64,000 bases of DNA, from the NCBI RefSeq assembly GCF_009914755.1, contig NC_060947.1. One strand, 5' to 3'. Each line of letters opens with the position of its first letter. The first letter of the stretch is position 1. This document shows positions 14,041-32,451 of this stretch, piece by piece. The position numbers and the translations under genes are program-made. This stretch comes from the human T2T-CHM13v2.0 reference genome, Homo sapiens. The notes beneath the pieces are model-generated. The model saw nothing but the letters and a program-made list of their open reading frames with translations. It made no database searches and had not been told where the DNA came from.

Positions 14041-16583
14041 AACATTAAATTCTAAAGCATGTTAACATTTAAATTATTTAGGTACTGAAGGCATGTTTGA
14101 TACAGTTGGGAGTGTTGGAGGAAGAATTACTAAAAACAGTAAATGACAACAAAAAAGATCACGATAAAGTCATCTTCAATGAATACAAAAGGATTTGAAG
14201 CTTGAGGAAATCGTCATATGGCCCAGAGTATTGAAAGCAGCACAGCAAAACATAGTGAAAGTAAATGAGACACTTGACTTTTGCACATTTCTACTGGCAT
14301 ATTTTAGAGAATATGATCCCTGCAAGCCAGGGTTGAGAGAACTAAATGAACTAAATAGGCAGAATGAAGGAGAATGTATTGCAACAGCTGCTTAATTTTT
14401 TTCTCCTGTTTTACATATAACGAAGCAATATACTACAAGGGGTTTATGCCACAAACTTTATTATATAACTTAAAACTTCTTTTTAATTCAGTAAAATTTA
14501 CATTACAGAAAGTTAATTCCATAACTATGTTCAGATATTTTTCTTTCAAAAATGAATTCATGTACAGGGAATTACATTTTAATTACTGTTTGATACTAAT
14601 TTAGAATCATTTAAATTGAAATTTTGTTTTTTTAACCTTTAAAGTTTTTCATTTTAATTTTTGTGGGTACATAGTAGGTGTATATATTTATGAGGTACAT
14701 TAGATGTTTTGATCCAAGCATACAATGTGAAATAAGCACATCAAGGAGAATGAGGTGTCCATCCCCTCAAGCACTTAATATTTCAGTTACAAACAATTGA
14801 ATCACTCTCTTTAAGTTATTTAAATAAGTACAGTTAATTTATTATTGACTCTAGCCACCCTGTTGTGCTATCAAATAGAAGGTCTTATTCATTCTTTCTA
14901 TATTTTCTGTACCCATTAACTGTCCCCACCTCCCCCTTACTCTCCCACTACTCTTCCTGGCATCTGGAAACCATCCTTCTACTCTCTGTATTCATGAGTT
15001 CAATTGTTTTTATTTTTAGATCCCACAAATAAGTGAGAACATGTGATGTTTGTCTTTCTGTGCCTGGCTTATTTCACTTAACATAATGATCTCCAGTTTT
15101 ACCCATGTTGTTGCAAATGACAGGATCTCTCATTCGTTTTTATTGCTGAATACTATTCCATTATGTATATGTACCACATTTTCTTTATTCATTCATCTCT
15201 TGATAGACACTTAGGTTGATTCCGAAAATTAGCTATTGTAAACAGTGCTGCAACAAACACAGGAGTGCATGTATCTCTTCGATATACTGAATTTCCTTTC
15301 TTTTGGGTATATACCCAGCAGTGAGATTGCTGGATCATATGATATCTTAAACTGTTCTCCACAGTGGTTGTACTAATTTACATTCCCACCAACAGTGTAC
15401 AAAGGTTCCTTTTCCTCCACATCCTCGCCAGCCTTTGTTATTGCCTGTCTTTTGGATATAAGCCATTTGAACTAGGGTGAGATGATAGATCATTGTAGTT
15501 TTGATTTGCATTTGTCTAATGATCAGTGATGCTGATCACCTTTTCATGTACCTGTTTGCCACTTGGATGTCTTCTTTTGAGAAATGGCTATTCAAATACT
15601 TTGCCCATTTTTGATCAGATTATTAAAATTTTTCTATAGAGTTGTTTGAGTTCCTTATATATTCTTCTTATTAATTCCTTGTTAGATGGGTGGTTTACAA
15701 ATATTTTCTCTCATTCTGTGAGTAGTGTTTTCATTTTGTTGATTGTATTCTTTGCTGTGTGGAAGCTTTTTAACTGGCTGTGATCCCATTTGTTCATTTT
15801 TGCTTTGGTTGCCTGTGCTTGTGGGGTATTGCTCAAGAAGTTTTTGGCAGACCAATGTCCTGGAGATTTTCCCCAATGTTTTCTTGTAGTATTTTCATAT
15901 TTTGAGGACTTAGATTTATCTTTAATCATTTCGATTTCATTTTTGTATATGGCAAGAGATAGAGATCTGGTTTCATTCTTCTGCATGTGGAATTCCAATT
16001 TTCCCAGCACTCTTTACTGAAGAGACTGCCTTTTCTCCAGCGTATGTTGTTGGTACCTTTATCAAAGATGAGTTAATTATAGGTGTGTGGATTTGTTTCT
16101 GGCTTCTCTATTCTGTTTCATTGGCCTATGTGTCTGTTTTTATGCCAGTACCATGCTGTTTTGGTTCCTATAGCTTTGTAGTATAAAATTTGTAGTTGGG
16201 TAATGAGATTCCTTCAGTTTTGTTCTTTTTGCTTAGAATAGGTTGGGCTGTTCTGGGTCTTTTGTAGTTCCAAATAAACTTTAGGATTTTTTTTCTATTT
16301 CTGTGAAGAATGTCATCAGTATTTTGATAGGGATAGCACTGATTCTGTAGATTGCTTTGGGTAGTATGGATATTTTAACAATATTGATTCTTCTAATTTA
16401 TATCCATGGAATGTCTTCATTTTTTGATGTCTTCTTTAATTTCTTTTATCAGTCTTTTATAGTTTTTATTATAGAGATTTTTTACTTTTTTGATTAATTT
16501 CTAGGTATTTAATTTTATTTGTGGCTATTGTAAACAGATGACTTTTTTGATTTCTTTTTCAGATTGTTCACTGTTGGCATATA

Positions 16584-17865
16584 CTCAGTTGGTGCAAACG
16601 TAATTATGGTTTTTGCATTGTTGGAATTTGCCATTTGATATTGGAATACATTCTTAAATAAACGTGGTTATGTTATACATCATTTTAATGGGCATTTCTT
16701 GCTTTATTTTTTTTGCTAATGACTTATTACTTGCTGTTTATTTTAAGTTTATTTTAGACTATGGAAATGATGTTAGACAAAAAACAAATTCAAGCGATTT
16801 TCTTATTCCAGTTAAAAATGGGTTGTAAGGCAGCAGAGACAACTCGCAACATCAACAACGCATTTGGCCTAGGAACTGCTAACAAACATACAGTGCAGTG
16901 GTGGTTCAAGAAGTTTTGCAAAGGAGACAAGTCTTGAAGATGAGGAGCATAGTGGCCAGCCATTGGAAGTTGACAACAACCAATTGAGAGCAATCATTGA
17001 AGCCAGTCCTTTTACAACTACACAAGAAGCTGTGGAAGAACTCAACGTCCACCATTCTATAGTCGTTTGGCATTTGAAGCAAATTGGAAAGGTGAAACAG
17101 CCAATAAGTGGGTGCCTCATGAACTGAGCAAAAATAAAAAAAATTGTCATTTTGAAATGTTGTCTTCTCCTATTCTATGCAACAACAATGGACCATTTCT
17201 CAATCGGATTGTGATGTGCGACGAAAAGTGGATTTTAGACAACAACTGGAGACAGCCAGCTCAGTGGTTAGACCGAGAAGATGCTCCAAAGCACTTCCCA
17301 AAGCCAAACTTGCACCCAAAAAAGGTCATATGGTTACTCTTTGGTGGTCTGCTGCCAGTCTGATTCACTACAGCTTTCTGAATACTGGTGAAACCATTAT
17401 ATCTGAGAAGTATGCTCAGCAAATCGATGAGATGAACTGAAAACTTCAATGCCTGCAGCCATCATTAGTCAACAGAAAGGGCCCAACTCTTCTCCATGAC
17501 AACTCCCGAGTACACATCGCATAACCAATGCTTCAAAAGTTGGACCAATTGGGCTACGAAGTTTTGCCTCATCTGCCATGTTTATCTGACCTCTCACCAA
17601 CTGACTACCACTTCTTCAAGCATCTTGACCACTTTTTGCGGGGCAAATGCATCCACAACCAGCAGGATGCAGAAAGTGCTTTCCAAGAATTTGTTGAATC
17701 CTGAAGCATGGATTCTTATGCTACAGGAAAAAACAAACTTCTCATTGGCAAAAATGTGTTGATTGTAATGGTTCCTATTTTGATTAATAAAGATGTGTTT
17801 GAGCCTAGCTAAAATGATTTAAAAATTCACTGTGCAAAACCACAATTACTTTCATACCAATCTAA
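16584..17865 (+). mobile_element. Full-length Hsmar1 mariner DNA transposon (1282 bp)
   Basis: TIRs ctcagttggtgcaaacgtaatt...caattactttcataccaatctaa; TA duplication at 16582-16583 and 17866-17867; the host L1 rejoins as ggcata(TA)gaaatgctactga. Confidence 0.96.
16761..17787 (+). pseudogene. Disrupted Hsmar1 transposase
   Basis: Starts MEMMLDKKQIQAIFLF; WVPHEL motif; catalytic motifs CDEKW, HDN and DLSPTDYH; ends GSYFD*; several frameshifts and stops, the first near 16935. Confidence 0.93.
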
Positions 17866-17885
17866 TAGAAATGCTACTGACTTTT

Positions 17886-20800
17886 GGAGTTTCTTTTATA
17901 CCCCAGTGACACCTGGAATGTCAGCGAGACAGAACTGTTCATTCCCCTGGAAAAGGGGATGAAGCCAGGGAGCCAAGTGGTCTAACTCAGTGGATCCCAC
18001 CCCCATGGAGCCCAGCAAGCTAAGATCCACTGGCTTGAAATTCTCGCTGCCAGCACAGCAGTCTGAAATCGACCTGGGATGCTCGAATTTGGTGGGGAGA
18101 GGGGCGTCCGCAATTACTGAGTCTTGAGTAGGCAGTTTTCCCTTCACAGTGTAAACAAAGCCTCCAGAAAGTTTGAAGTGGGCGGAGCACACCACAGTTC
18201 AGCAAAGCTGCTATAGCCAGACTGCCTCTCTAGATTCCTCCTCTACGGGCAGGGCATCTTTAAAATAAAGGCATCAGCTCCAGTCAGGGGCTTATAGATA
18301 AAACTCCCATCTCCCTGGGACAGAGCACCTGGGGGAAGGGGTGGCTGTGGGTGCAGCTTCAGCAGACTTAAGCATTCCTGCCTGCTGGCTCTGAAGAGAG
18401 CAGCCGATGTCCCAGCACAGTGCTTGAACTCTACTAAAGGACAGACTGCCTCCTCAAGTAGGTCCCTGACCCCTGTGCCTCCTGACAGGGAGACACCTCC
18501 CAGCAGGGGGCACAGACACCTCATACAGGAGAGCTCTGGCTGGCATCTGGCAGGTGCCCCTCTGGGATGAAGCTTCCAGAGGAAGGAACAGGCAGAAATC
18601 TGCTGTTCTGCAGCCACCACTGGTAATACCCAGGCAAAGAGGGTCTGGAGAGGACCTCCAGCAGACCTGCAGCAGAGGGGCCTGACTGTTAGAAGGAAAA
18701 CTAACAAACAGAAAGGAATAGCATTAACATCAACAAAAAGGACGTCCACACAGAAACCCCGACATCAAAGACCAAAGGTAGATAAATCCACAAAGATGAG
18801 GAAAAACCAGCACAAAAAGGCTGAAAATTCCAAAAACCAGAAAGCCTTTCTCCTACAAAGGATCACAACTCCTTCCCAGCAAGGGAACAAAACTGGACAG
18901 AGAATGAGTTTTATGAACTGACAGAAGTAGGCTTCAGAAGATAGGTAATAACAAACTCCTCTGAGCTAAAGGAGCATGTTCTAACCCAATGCAAGGAAGC
19001 TAAGAACCTTGAAAAAGGTTAGACAAATTTCTAACTAGAATAAACAGTTTGGAGAAGAACATAAATGACCTGATGGAGCTGAAAAACACACCATGAGAAC
19101 TTTGTGAAGCATACACAAGTATCAATAGCTGAATTGATCAAGCAGAAGAAAGGATATCAGAGATTGAAGATCAACTGGAAATATGGAAGTATTTGAAAAG
19201 ACCAAACCTACGTTTTACTGGTGTACCTGAAAGTGATGGGGAAAATGGAAACAAGCTGGAAAACACTCTTCAGGATATTATCCAGGAGAACTTCCCCAAT
19301 CTAGAAAGATAGGCCAACATTCAAGTTCAGGAAATAGAGAGAACACCACAAAGATACTCCTCGAGAAGAGCAACCCCAAGACACATAATTGTCAGATTCA
19401 CCAAGGTTGAAGTGAAGGAAGAAATGTTAAGGGCAGCCAGAGAGAAAGGTCAGGTTACCCACAAAGGGAAGCCCATCAGACTAACAGTGGATCTCTCTGC
19501 AGAAACCCTGCAAGCCAGAAGAGAGTGGGTGCCAATATTCAACATTCTTTAAGAAAATAATTTTCAACCCAGAGTTTCATATCTACCCGAACTAAGCTTC
19601 ATAAGCAAAGGAGAAATAAAATCCTTTCCAGACAAGCAAATGCTAAGAGATTTTATCACCACCAGACCTGCTTTACAAGAGCTCCTGAAGGAAGCACTAA
19701 ACATGGAAAGGAGAAACTGGTACTAGTCACTGCAAAAACATACCAAATGGGAAAGACCATCGACACTATGAAGAAACTGCATCAACTAATGGGCAAAAAC
19801 CAGGTAGCATCATAAGGACAGGATCAAATTCACACATTACAATATTAACTTTAAATGTAAATGGGCTAAATGCCCCAATTAAAAGACACAGACTGGCAAA
19901 TTGGATAAAGAGTCATGACCCATTGTGGTGCTGTATTCAGGAAACCCATCAAACATGCGAAGACACACATAGCCTCAAAATAAAGGGATAGAGGAATATT
20001 TACCAAGCAAATGGAAAGCACAAATAGCAGCGTTTGCAATCCTAGTCTCTGATAAAACAGACTTTAAACCAACAAAGATCAAAAGAGACAAAGAAGGGCA
20101 TTACATGATGGTAAAGGGATCAATGCAATAAGAAGAGCTAACTACCCTAAATATATATGCACCAAATACAGGAGCACCCAGATTCATAAAGCAAGTTCTT
20201 AGAGACCTAAAAAGAGATTTACACTCCCACACAATAATAATGGAAGACTTTAAAACCCCACTGTCAATATTAGACAGATCAATGAGACAAAATTAGCAAG
20301 GATATTCAGGCCTTGAACTCAGCTCTGGACCAAGCAAACCTAACAGATATCTACAGAACTCTACACCCCAAATCAACAGAATATACATTCTTCTCAGCAC
20401 CACATCACACTTATTCTAAAATTGAACACATACACAAACACACAAAATTTCAGGCCAATATCCCTGATGAACATCAGTGCGAAAATTCTCAATAAAATAC
20501 TGGCAAACCGAATCCAGCAGCGCATTAAAAAGCTTATCCACCACGATCAAGTTGGCGTCATCCCTGGGATGCAAGGCTGGTTAAACATACACAAATTAAT
20601 AAATGTAATCCATCACACGAACAGAACCAGTGACAAAAACCACATGATTATCTCAGTAGATGCAGAAAAGGCCTTCAATAAAATTCAACACCCCGTCATG
20701 CTAAACACTCTCAATCAACTAGGTATTGATGGAACATATCTCAAAATAATGAGAACTATTTATGACAAACCCACAGCCAGTATCGTACTGAATGGGCAAA

Positions 20801-22775
20801 AGCTGGAATCCTTCCCTTTGAAAACTGGCACAAGACACTTCTATTCAACATAATATTGGAAGATCCGGCCAGGGCAATCAGGCAAGAGAAAGAAATAAAG
20901 GGTATTCAAATAGGAAGAGAGGAAGTCAAATTGGCTCTGTTTGTAGATGACATGATTGTGTATTTAGAAAACCCCATCGTCTCAGCCCAAAATCTCTTTA
21001 AGCTGATAAGCAACTTCAGCAAAGTCTCAGGATACAAAATCAATGTGCAAAAAGCACAGGCATTCCTATACACCAATAATAGAGAAACAGAGAACCAAAT
21101 CATGAGTGAACTCCCATTCACAGTTGCTACAAAGATCATAAAATTCCTGGGAATAAAATTTACTAGGGATGTGAAGGACCTCTTCAAAGAAAACTCCAAC
21201 CACTTCTCAATAAAATAAGACAGGACACAAACAAATGGAAAAACATTCTATGCTCAGGTATAGGAAGAATGAATATCGTGAAAATAGCCTTACTGGCCAA
21301 AGTAATTTATAGATTCAATGCTATCCCCATCAAGCTACCATTGCCTTTCTTCAAAGAATTAGAAAAATTTACTTTAAATTTCGTATGGAACCAAAAAAAG
21401 AGCTCATATAGCCAAGACAATCCTAAGCCAAAAGAACAAAGCTGGAGGCATCACGCTACCTGACTTCAAACTATACTACAAGGCTACAGTAACCAAAACA
21501 GCATGGTACTGGTACCAAAACAGATATGTAGATGAATGGAACAGAACACAGGCCTCAGAATTAATGCCACACATCTACAACCATCTGATCTTTGACAAAC
21601 CTGACAAAAAGAAGCAATGGGGAAAGGATTCTCTATTTAATAAATGGTGTTGGGAAAACTGGCTAGCCATATACAGAAAAAGGAAACTGGTCCCCTTCCT
21701 TACGCCTTATATAAAAATTAACTTAAAATGGATTAAAGACCTAAAACCATAAAAACTCTAGAAGGAAACATAGGCTATACCATTCAGGACATAGGCATGG
21801 ACAAAGACTTCATGATTAAAACACCAAAAGCCCTTAGAGTGAACAGGCAACCTACAGAATGGGAGAAAAATTTTTTCAGTCTATTCATATGACAAAGGGC
21901 TAATATCCAGAATCTGCAAAGAACTTAAACAAATTTACAAGAAACAAACAAACAACCCCATGAAAAATTGGGCAAATGATATGAACAGACACTTCTTAAA
22001 AGAAGACATTTATGTAGCTAACAAACATATGAGAAAAAGCTCTTCATCACTGGTCATTAGAGAAATGCAAATCAAAACCACAATGAAATACCGTCTCATG
22101 CCATTTAGAATAGCAATCATTAAAAAGTTCAGGAAACTACTGATGCTGGAGAGGATGTGGAGAAATAGGGACACTTTTACACTGTTGGTTGGAGTTTAAA
22201 TTAATTCAACCATTGTGGAAGACAGTGTGGCAATTCCTCAAGGATCTAGAACTAGTAATACCATTGATCCAGCAATCCCATTACTGGGTATATACCCAGT
22301 GGATTATAAATCATTCCACATAAGGACAAATGCACATGTATGTTTATTGCAGCACTGTTCACAATAGCAAAGACTCAGAACCAACCCAAATGCCAATCTA
22401 TAATAGAATGGATACAGAAAATGTGGCACATATACACTATGGAATACTATGCAGCTGTAAAAAAGGATGAGTTAATGTCCTTTGCAGGGAGATGGATGAA
22501 GCTGGAAACTATCATTCTCAGCAAACTAACACAGGAACAGAAAACCAAACACCACGTTCTCACTCATAAATGGGGTTTGAACAATGAGAACACATGGACA
22601 CAGGGAGGGGAACATCACACACTGGGGCCTGTTGGGGGTGGGGGGACTGGGTGGGGGATAGCATTAGGAGAAATACCTAATATAGATGGGTTGATGGGTG
22701 CAGCAAACCACCATGGCAGTTGTATACCTATGTAACAAACCTGCATGTTCTGCACATGTATCCCAGAACTTAAAG

Positions 22776-22812
<37 letters not shown>

Positions 22813-22834
22813 ACACACACACATATATATATAT
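17886..22834 (+). mobile_element. L1PA7/8-like element, slightly 5'-truncated, with internal deletions; tail converted to (CA)n(TA)n
   Basis: 5' UTR, ORF1 remnant from about 18797, ORF2 remnants (FVDD for FADD near 20940), 3' UTR to about 22778; 18-bp TSD gaaatgctactgactttt 17868-17885 / gaaatcctgctgactttt 22835-22852. Confidence 0.92.
22776..22834. repeat. Compound (CA)n(TA)n microsatellite
   Basis: Seen directly; occupies the position of the L1 poly(A) tail. Confidence 0.95.
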
Positions 22835-25029
22835 GAAATCCTGCTGACTTTTGTGCATTGATTTTGTGTCCCACAACTTTACTGAATTTATCAGTTTTAA
22901 TTTTTTTTTGGTGTATTCTTTAGGTTTTTCCAAATATAATATTATACCCTCTGCAAACAAGGATAATTTGACTTCTTCCTTTCTAATTTGGATGCCCTTT
23001 ATATCTTTCTCTTGTCTGATTGCTCTAGCTAAAACGTCCAGTACTACGTTAAATAACAGTGATGAAAGTGGGCATTCTTGTCATGTTCCAGATCTTAAAG
23101 GAAAGGCTTTCAGTTTTTCCCCAGTAAGTATGATACTAGCTTTTAGTCTGTCATATATGGCTTATATTATGTTCTTTCTATCCCCAGATTTTTAGGGTAT
23201 TTATCATGAAGGGGTGTTGAATTTTATCAAATGCCTTTTCAGCATCAATTGAAATGATCATATGGTTGTTGTTCTTCATTCCGTTGATATGACTTATCAC
23301 AATAATTGATTTGTTGATGTTGAACCATCTTAGTATCCCAAGGACAAATCCACTTGGTCATGATAAATGATCTTTTACGTTTATTATTGAATTTTGTTTG
23401 CTAGTATTTTGTTGAGAATTTTCACAGCAATATTCATCAGAGTTACTGGCCTGTAGTTTTCTTTTCTTTCTTTCTTTTTTTTTTATTTGTCTTTGTCTGG
23501 TTTTGGAATCAGAGTAGTACTGGTTTCATAGAATGAGTTTGGAAGCATTCTTCCTCCCCTATTTTTCAGAATTGTTTGAGTAGGATTGGTATTAGTTCTT
23601 CTTTAAATGTTTTGTAGAATTCAACAGGAAGTTGTTGGGTTGCAGGCTTTTCTTTACTGGGAGACTGTTCAGCTTCGATCTCATTTCTTCCATCTTGTTA
23701 CTTTGATCTCATTTCGGCTTCAATCTCATTACTTGTTATTGGTCTGCTCAGGTTTTGAACTTCTTCATGATTCAATCTTGGTGGGTTTTATGTGTTTAGG
23801 AAGTTGTCCATTTCTTCTAGATTTTCCAATTTATTGGCATGTAGTTGATCACAGTAGCCACTAATGATTCTTTGAATTTCTCAGTATTAGTTGTAATGTC
23901 TCCTTTTATATTTATTTACTTATATGTATTTATTTGGATCTTCTCTCATTTATTTAATCTTTTTTATTTATTTGAATCTTCTTTCTTCTTTGATCAGCTA
24001 GTCTGGCTTATGGTTTGTCAATTTTAACTTTTAAAAATATCAGCCTTTTGTTTCATTCGTTTTTTGCATTATTTTTGTTTCAATTTCATTTATTTTTGTT
24101 CTCATGGTTATTTCTTTTTTGCTAGTGATTTTGGGTTTGGTTTGCTCTTGCTTTTGTAGTTCTTTAAGATATCTCATCAGATTGTTTATTTGAAGTTTTA
24201 CTTCATTTTTGATGTATGCACTTATAGCTGTAAACTTTTCTCTTAGTACTGCTATTACTGTATTCCATCAATTTTTGTATGTTGTATTTTTGTTATTATT
24301 TGTTTTAAGAAAATTTTTCCATCTTAAATAATTGATTGACCCACTGGTGATTTAGAAGCGTATGGTTTAATTTGTGTATTTATATAGTTTCCAAAATTCC
24401 TTTTGTTATTGTTTTGTTTCATTGTGTTCAGAGAAGATGCGTGGTATTATTTCAATTTTTGTGAATGTTTTAAGACTTGTTTTATGACCTAAGATATGGT
24501 CTTTTTTTTACAATGATCCACATGCTGAGTAGAGGAATGTGCATTCTGCAGCAGTAGGATGAAATGTTCTGTAAATATCTATTATGTTCATTCGGCCTAT
24601 AAGTGCAGATTATGTCCATTCAATATTTCTTTGTTGATATTCTGTCTGAAAGATCTGTCCAATGCTGAAAGTGGGGTATTGAAGTCTCCAATTATTACTG
24701 TATTGGGGTCTCACCTCTCTTTAGCTTTAATAATATTTTCTTTATACATTTCGGTGCTCCAGTGTTGGGTGTATATATATTTAAATTGTATTTTCTTGCT
24801 GAATTGACTCCTTTATCATTACATAATGACCTTCTTTGTCTCATAGTGTTTTTTCTTGAAATCTAGTTTTTCTGATATAAATGTAGGTACTCATGCTCTT
24901 TTTTGTTTGCCTTGGCATGGCATATCTTTTTCCTTTATTTTCAGTCTATATGTGTCTTTATAGGTGAAGTGTGTTTCTTGTAGGCAACAAATCAATGGTT
25001 CTTGTTCTTCCATCCATTCAGACAGTCTG

Positions 25030-25325
<296 letters not shown>

Positions 25326-28300
25326 AGCCAGTCTGTTTTGATTGGAGAGTTTAGTCTATTTACATTCATTGTTATTATTGTTAAGTAAGGACTTACTCCG
25401 GCCATTTTGTTGTTTGATTTTTGGTAGTTTGTGGTATTCTCCTCCTTCATTTTTTCCCTTCCTGTGTTCCTTTTAGAGAAGGTGGTTTCCTCTGGTGATA
25501 CTGTTTAGTTTCTTGCTTTATATATATATTTTGGACCCCTTGTATTTTTTTGCTTTAAGGTTAACATGGGAATTGCAAATTTTATTTTATAAACCATTGT
25601 TTTAAGCTCATGACAACTTACACTGTTTGCATAAACTTGCAAACAAACAAACAAGCAAAAAGGAAACATAACAATAACTTTATGCCTTAGCTTCATTCTC
25701 CAACTTTTAAACTTTTAGTTGTTTCTATTTAAATCTTATTTTACTATGTCTGAAAATGTAGTTGTAGTTATTATTTTTTATTCATTCATTGTTTAGTGTT
25801 TCTATATAAAGTAAGAGCATTTACACACCACAGTTACTGTGTCGTAATATTCTGTGTTTTTTTCTGTAATTACTATTAATATTACCAGTGAGGATTGTAC
25901 CTTCAGATGATTTCTTATTGCTCATTAATTTTTTGTTTCTCATCGAAAGACTTCATTTAGCATGTCACTTATAATAGGTCTAGGTCCGGTGTTGATGATA
26001 TCCCTCAGCTTTTGTTTGTCTGGGAAAGTCTTTATTTCTCCTTCATGTTTCAAGGATATTTTTGCCAGATATGCTATTCTAGGGTAAATATATTTTTTTT
26101 CCTTCAGCATTTTAAATATGTCCTGCCACTCTTTACTGGCCTGTGAGGTTTCCATTGAAAAGTCTGCTGCCAGATGTAATGGAGATCCATTGTATGTTAT
26201 TTGTTTCTTTTCTTTTGCTGCTTTTACTATCTTTTCTTTATCTTAGGCCTTTGGGAGTTTGATTATGAAATGCTTTGAGTTAGTCTTCTTTGGGTTAAAT
26301 CTACTTGGTATTCTATAACCTTCCTGTACATCGATATTGATATCTTTCTCCAGGTTTTGGAAATTCTCTGTTATTATCCCTTTGAATAAACTTTCTACCA
26401 CTACATTTTTCTCTGCCTGCTCTTTATGGCCGGTAACTCTTATGTTTGCTCTTTTGAGTCAATATTCTAGATCGTGTAGGTGTGCTTCGTTGTTTTTGTC
26501 TTTTTCTTTTATCTCTTCTGACTGTGTATTTTTAAATAGCCTGTTTTCAAGCTCATGAATTTATTCTTCTACTTGATTGATTCTACTTTTAAGACTCTAA
26601 TGCATTCTTCAGTGTGCCAATTACATTTTTTAGCTCCAGAATTTCTGCTTATTTTTGATTATTTCTATGTTTTAATTAAATTTATCTGATAGAATTCTGA
26701 ATTCCTTCTCTGCATTATGTTGAATTTCTTTGAGTTTTCTCAAAACAGCTATTTTGAATTCTCTATCTAAAAGGTCACATATCTCTGTTTTTCCAGTTTT
26801 TGTACCTGGTGCCTTATTTAGTTCATTTGGTGAGGTCATGTTTTCCTAGAGGGTCTTGATGCTTGTATATATTCCTCAGTGTCTGGGAATTGAAGTGTTA
26901 GGTATTTTTTGTATTCATCTCAGTCTGTGTTTGTTTGTACCTATCCTTCTTGTGATGGCTTTCCAGATATTTGAAAGGACTTGGGTGATGCAATCTAAGC
27001 TGTATGTGCTTTAGGGAGCACCCTAAGCCCAGTTAGCTCTGTGACTCTTGCAGACTCCTAGAGGTATTACCTTGATGGTCTTGGACAAGATTGCAGAGAA
27101 TTCTCCAGATTTTTAGGAGAGAGATTTTTGTTCTTCTCCCTTACTATCTCCCAAGAAAAGGAGTCTTTCCCTCTGTTCTGAGTCAGTTAAAGCTAGAGGT
27201 GGAGTGACACAACTACCTCTATGGCCACCACTTCTGTGACTGCACTGGGTCAGACCTGATGCCACCACAGCACTGAGTCTCACCCAAGGCCTGCTGTAAC
27301 CCCTCCCTGGTTACTGCCTATGTTTGCTCAAGGCCCTGGGGCTCTACAATCAGCAGTAGAAAAGCCTCCAGACCTGTGTCCTTCCCTTCAGAGTGGTGAG
27401 CTCCCCCAGACGCCTGGCATACCAAGAGGTGCTGTCTGGGAGGCAGGCCCTAGAGTCACACACCTTAGAGGTGTAATTGTGTATTCTATTGTACTGTGGC
27501 TACCCTGGCACTCAAACCACAAGACAGAGTCCTTTTCACTCTTCCCTCCCTTTCTTAAATGCAGAGGAGCCTCACCCAGTGGCTACCACTACCATAGGCC
27601 CACAGAGAATATTGCCAGACTACCACTGATATTTCCTTAAGACCCAGGGCTGTTCACTCAGCTTGTGTTGAATACTCTGACTTTGGACTCACTCTACAGG
27701 GCAGTGGGCTCCCTTCTCGCCCAAGGCAGGTACAGAAATGCTGTACTATAGCCAAGTCCTGGAATAAGTACTCTCAAGTCTGGTTTGGTGCTCTATTATC
27801 CTGTGACAGAGCTGGTACCTAAGGTAGTGAGACAAAGTCTCATTTACTTTTCTCTCTATTTTTCTCAAGTGGAAGGAGTCTTGCCCTGTAGCCACCATAG
27901 CTGGGAGTGTGTTGAGTCTCACCTGAAGCCAGCAAGTCTCAGTGTCTCACAGCCCTTGATGTAGTATCTGGGTATCACTGCTGGTTATTCAGGGGCCAAG
28001 GGCACTTCAGTTAGCAGGTGATGACTTCTTCCAGGTCTTGGTCATTCCCTTCAAGGCAGAAGTTTCCCTTATGGCCCAGGATGGGTCCAGAAATGTTGCT
28101 CAGGAGGAAGGTCCTGGAAAGGGTGCCTCATGACTGACCAGTGCCCTATTCTGCTGTGGCTGAGCTGGTATTCAAGATGCAAGACAAAGTCCTCCTCACT
28201 CTTATCTCTCCTCTCCTCAAGCAGAAGGATGGGGTATCTTTTGGAACTGCGAGCTGTGCAGCCTGTGGTTAGGGGAGGGTTGATGTAAGCATTCCCTTAG

Positions 28301-28564
28301 CTGCCTCGGTTGGTGTCGAAGCAGGTTACTTTTATTTATTTATTTATTTATTTATTATTATTATACTTTAAGTTTTAGGGAACATGTGCATAATGTGCAG
28401 GTTAGTTACATATGTATACATGTGACAAGCTGGTGCGCTGCACCCACTAACTCATCATCTAGCATTAGGTATATCTCCCAATGCTATCCCTCCCCCCTCC
28501 CCCCACCCCACAACAGTCCCCAGAGTGTGATGTTCCCCTTCCTGTGTCCATGTGTTCTCATTGT

Positions 28565-32388
<3,824 letters not shown>

Positions 32389-32451
32389 TATGATGTTAGC
32401 TGGTTATTTTGCTTGTTAGTTGATGCAGTTTCTTCCTAGTCTCGATGGTCT

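Noticed and set aside
16761-17787. SETMAR or a second domesticated mariner gene
   Set aside because: Multiple frameshifts and stops; no SET-domain exons in the window
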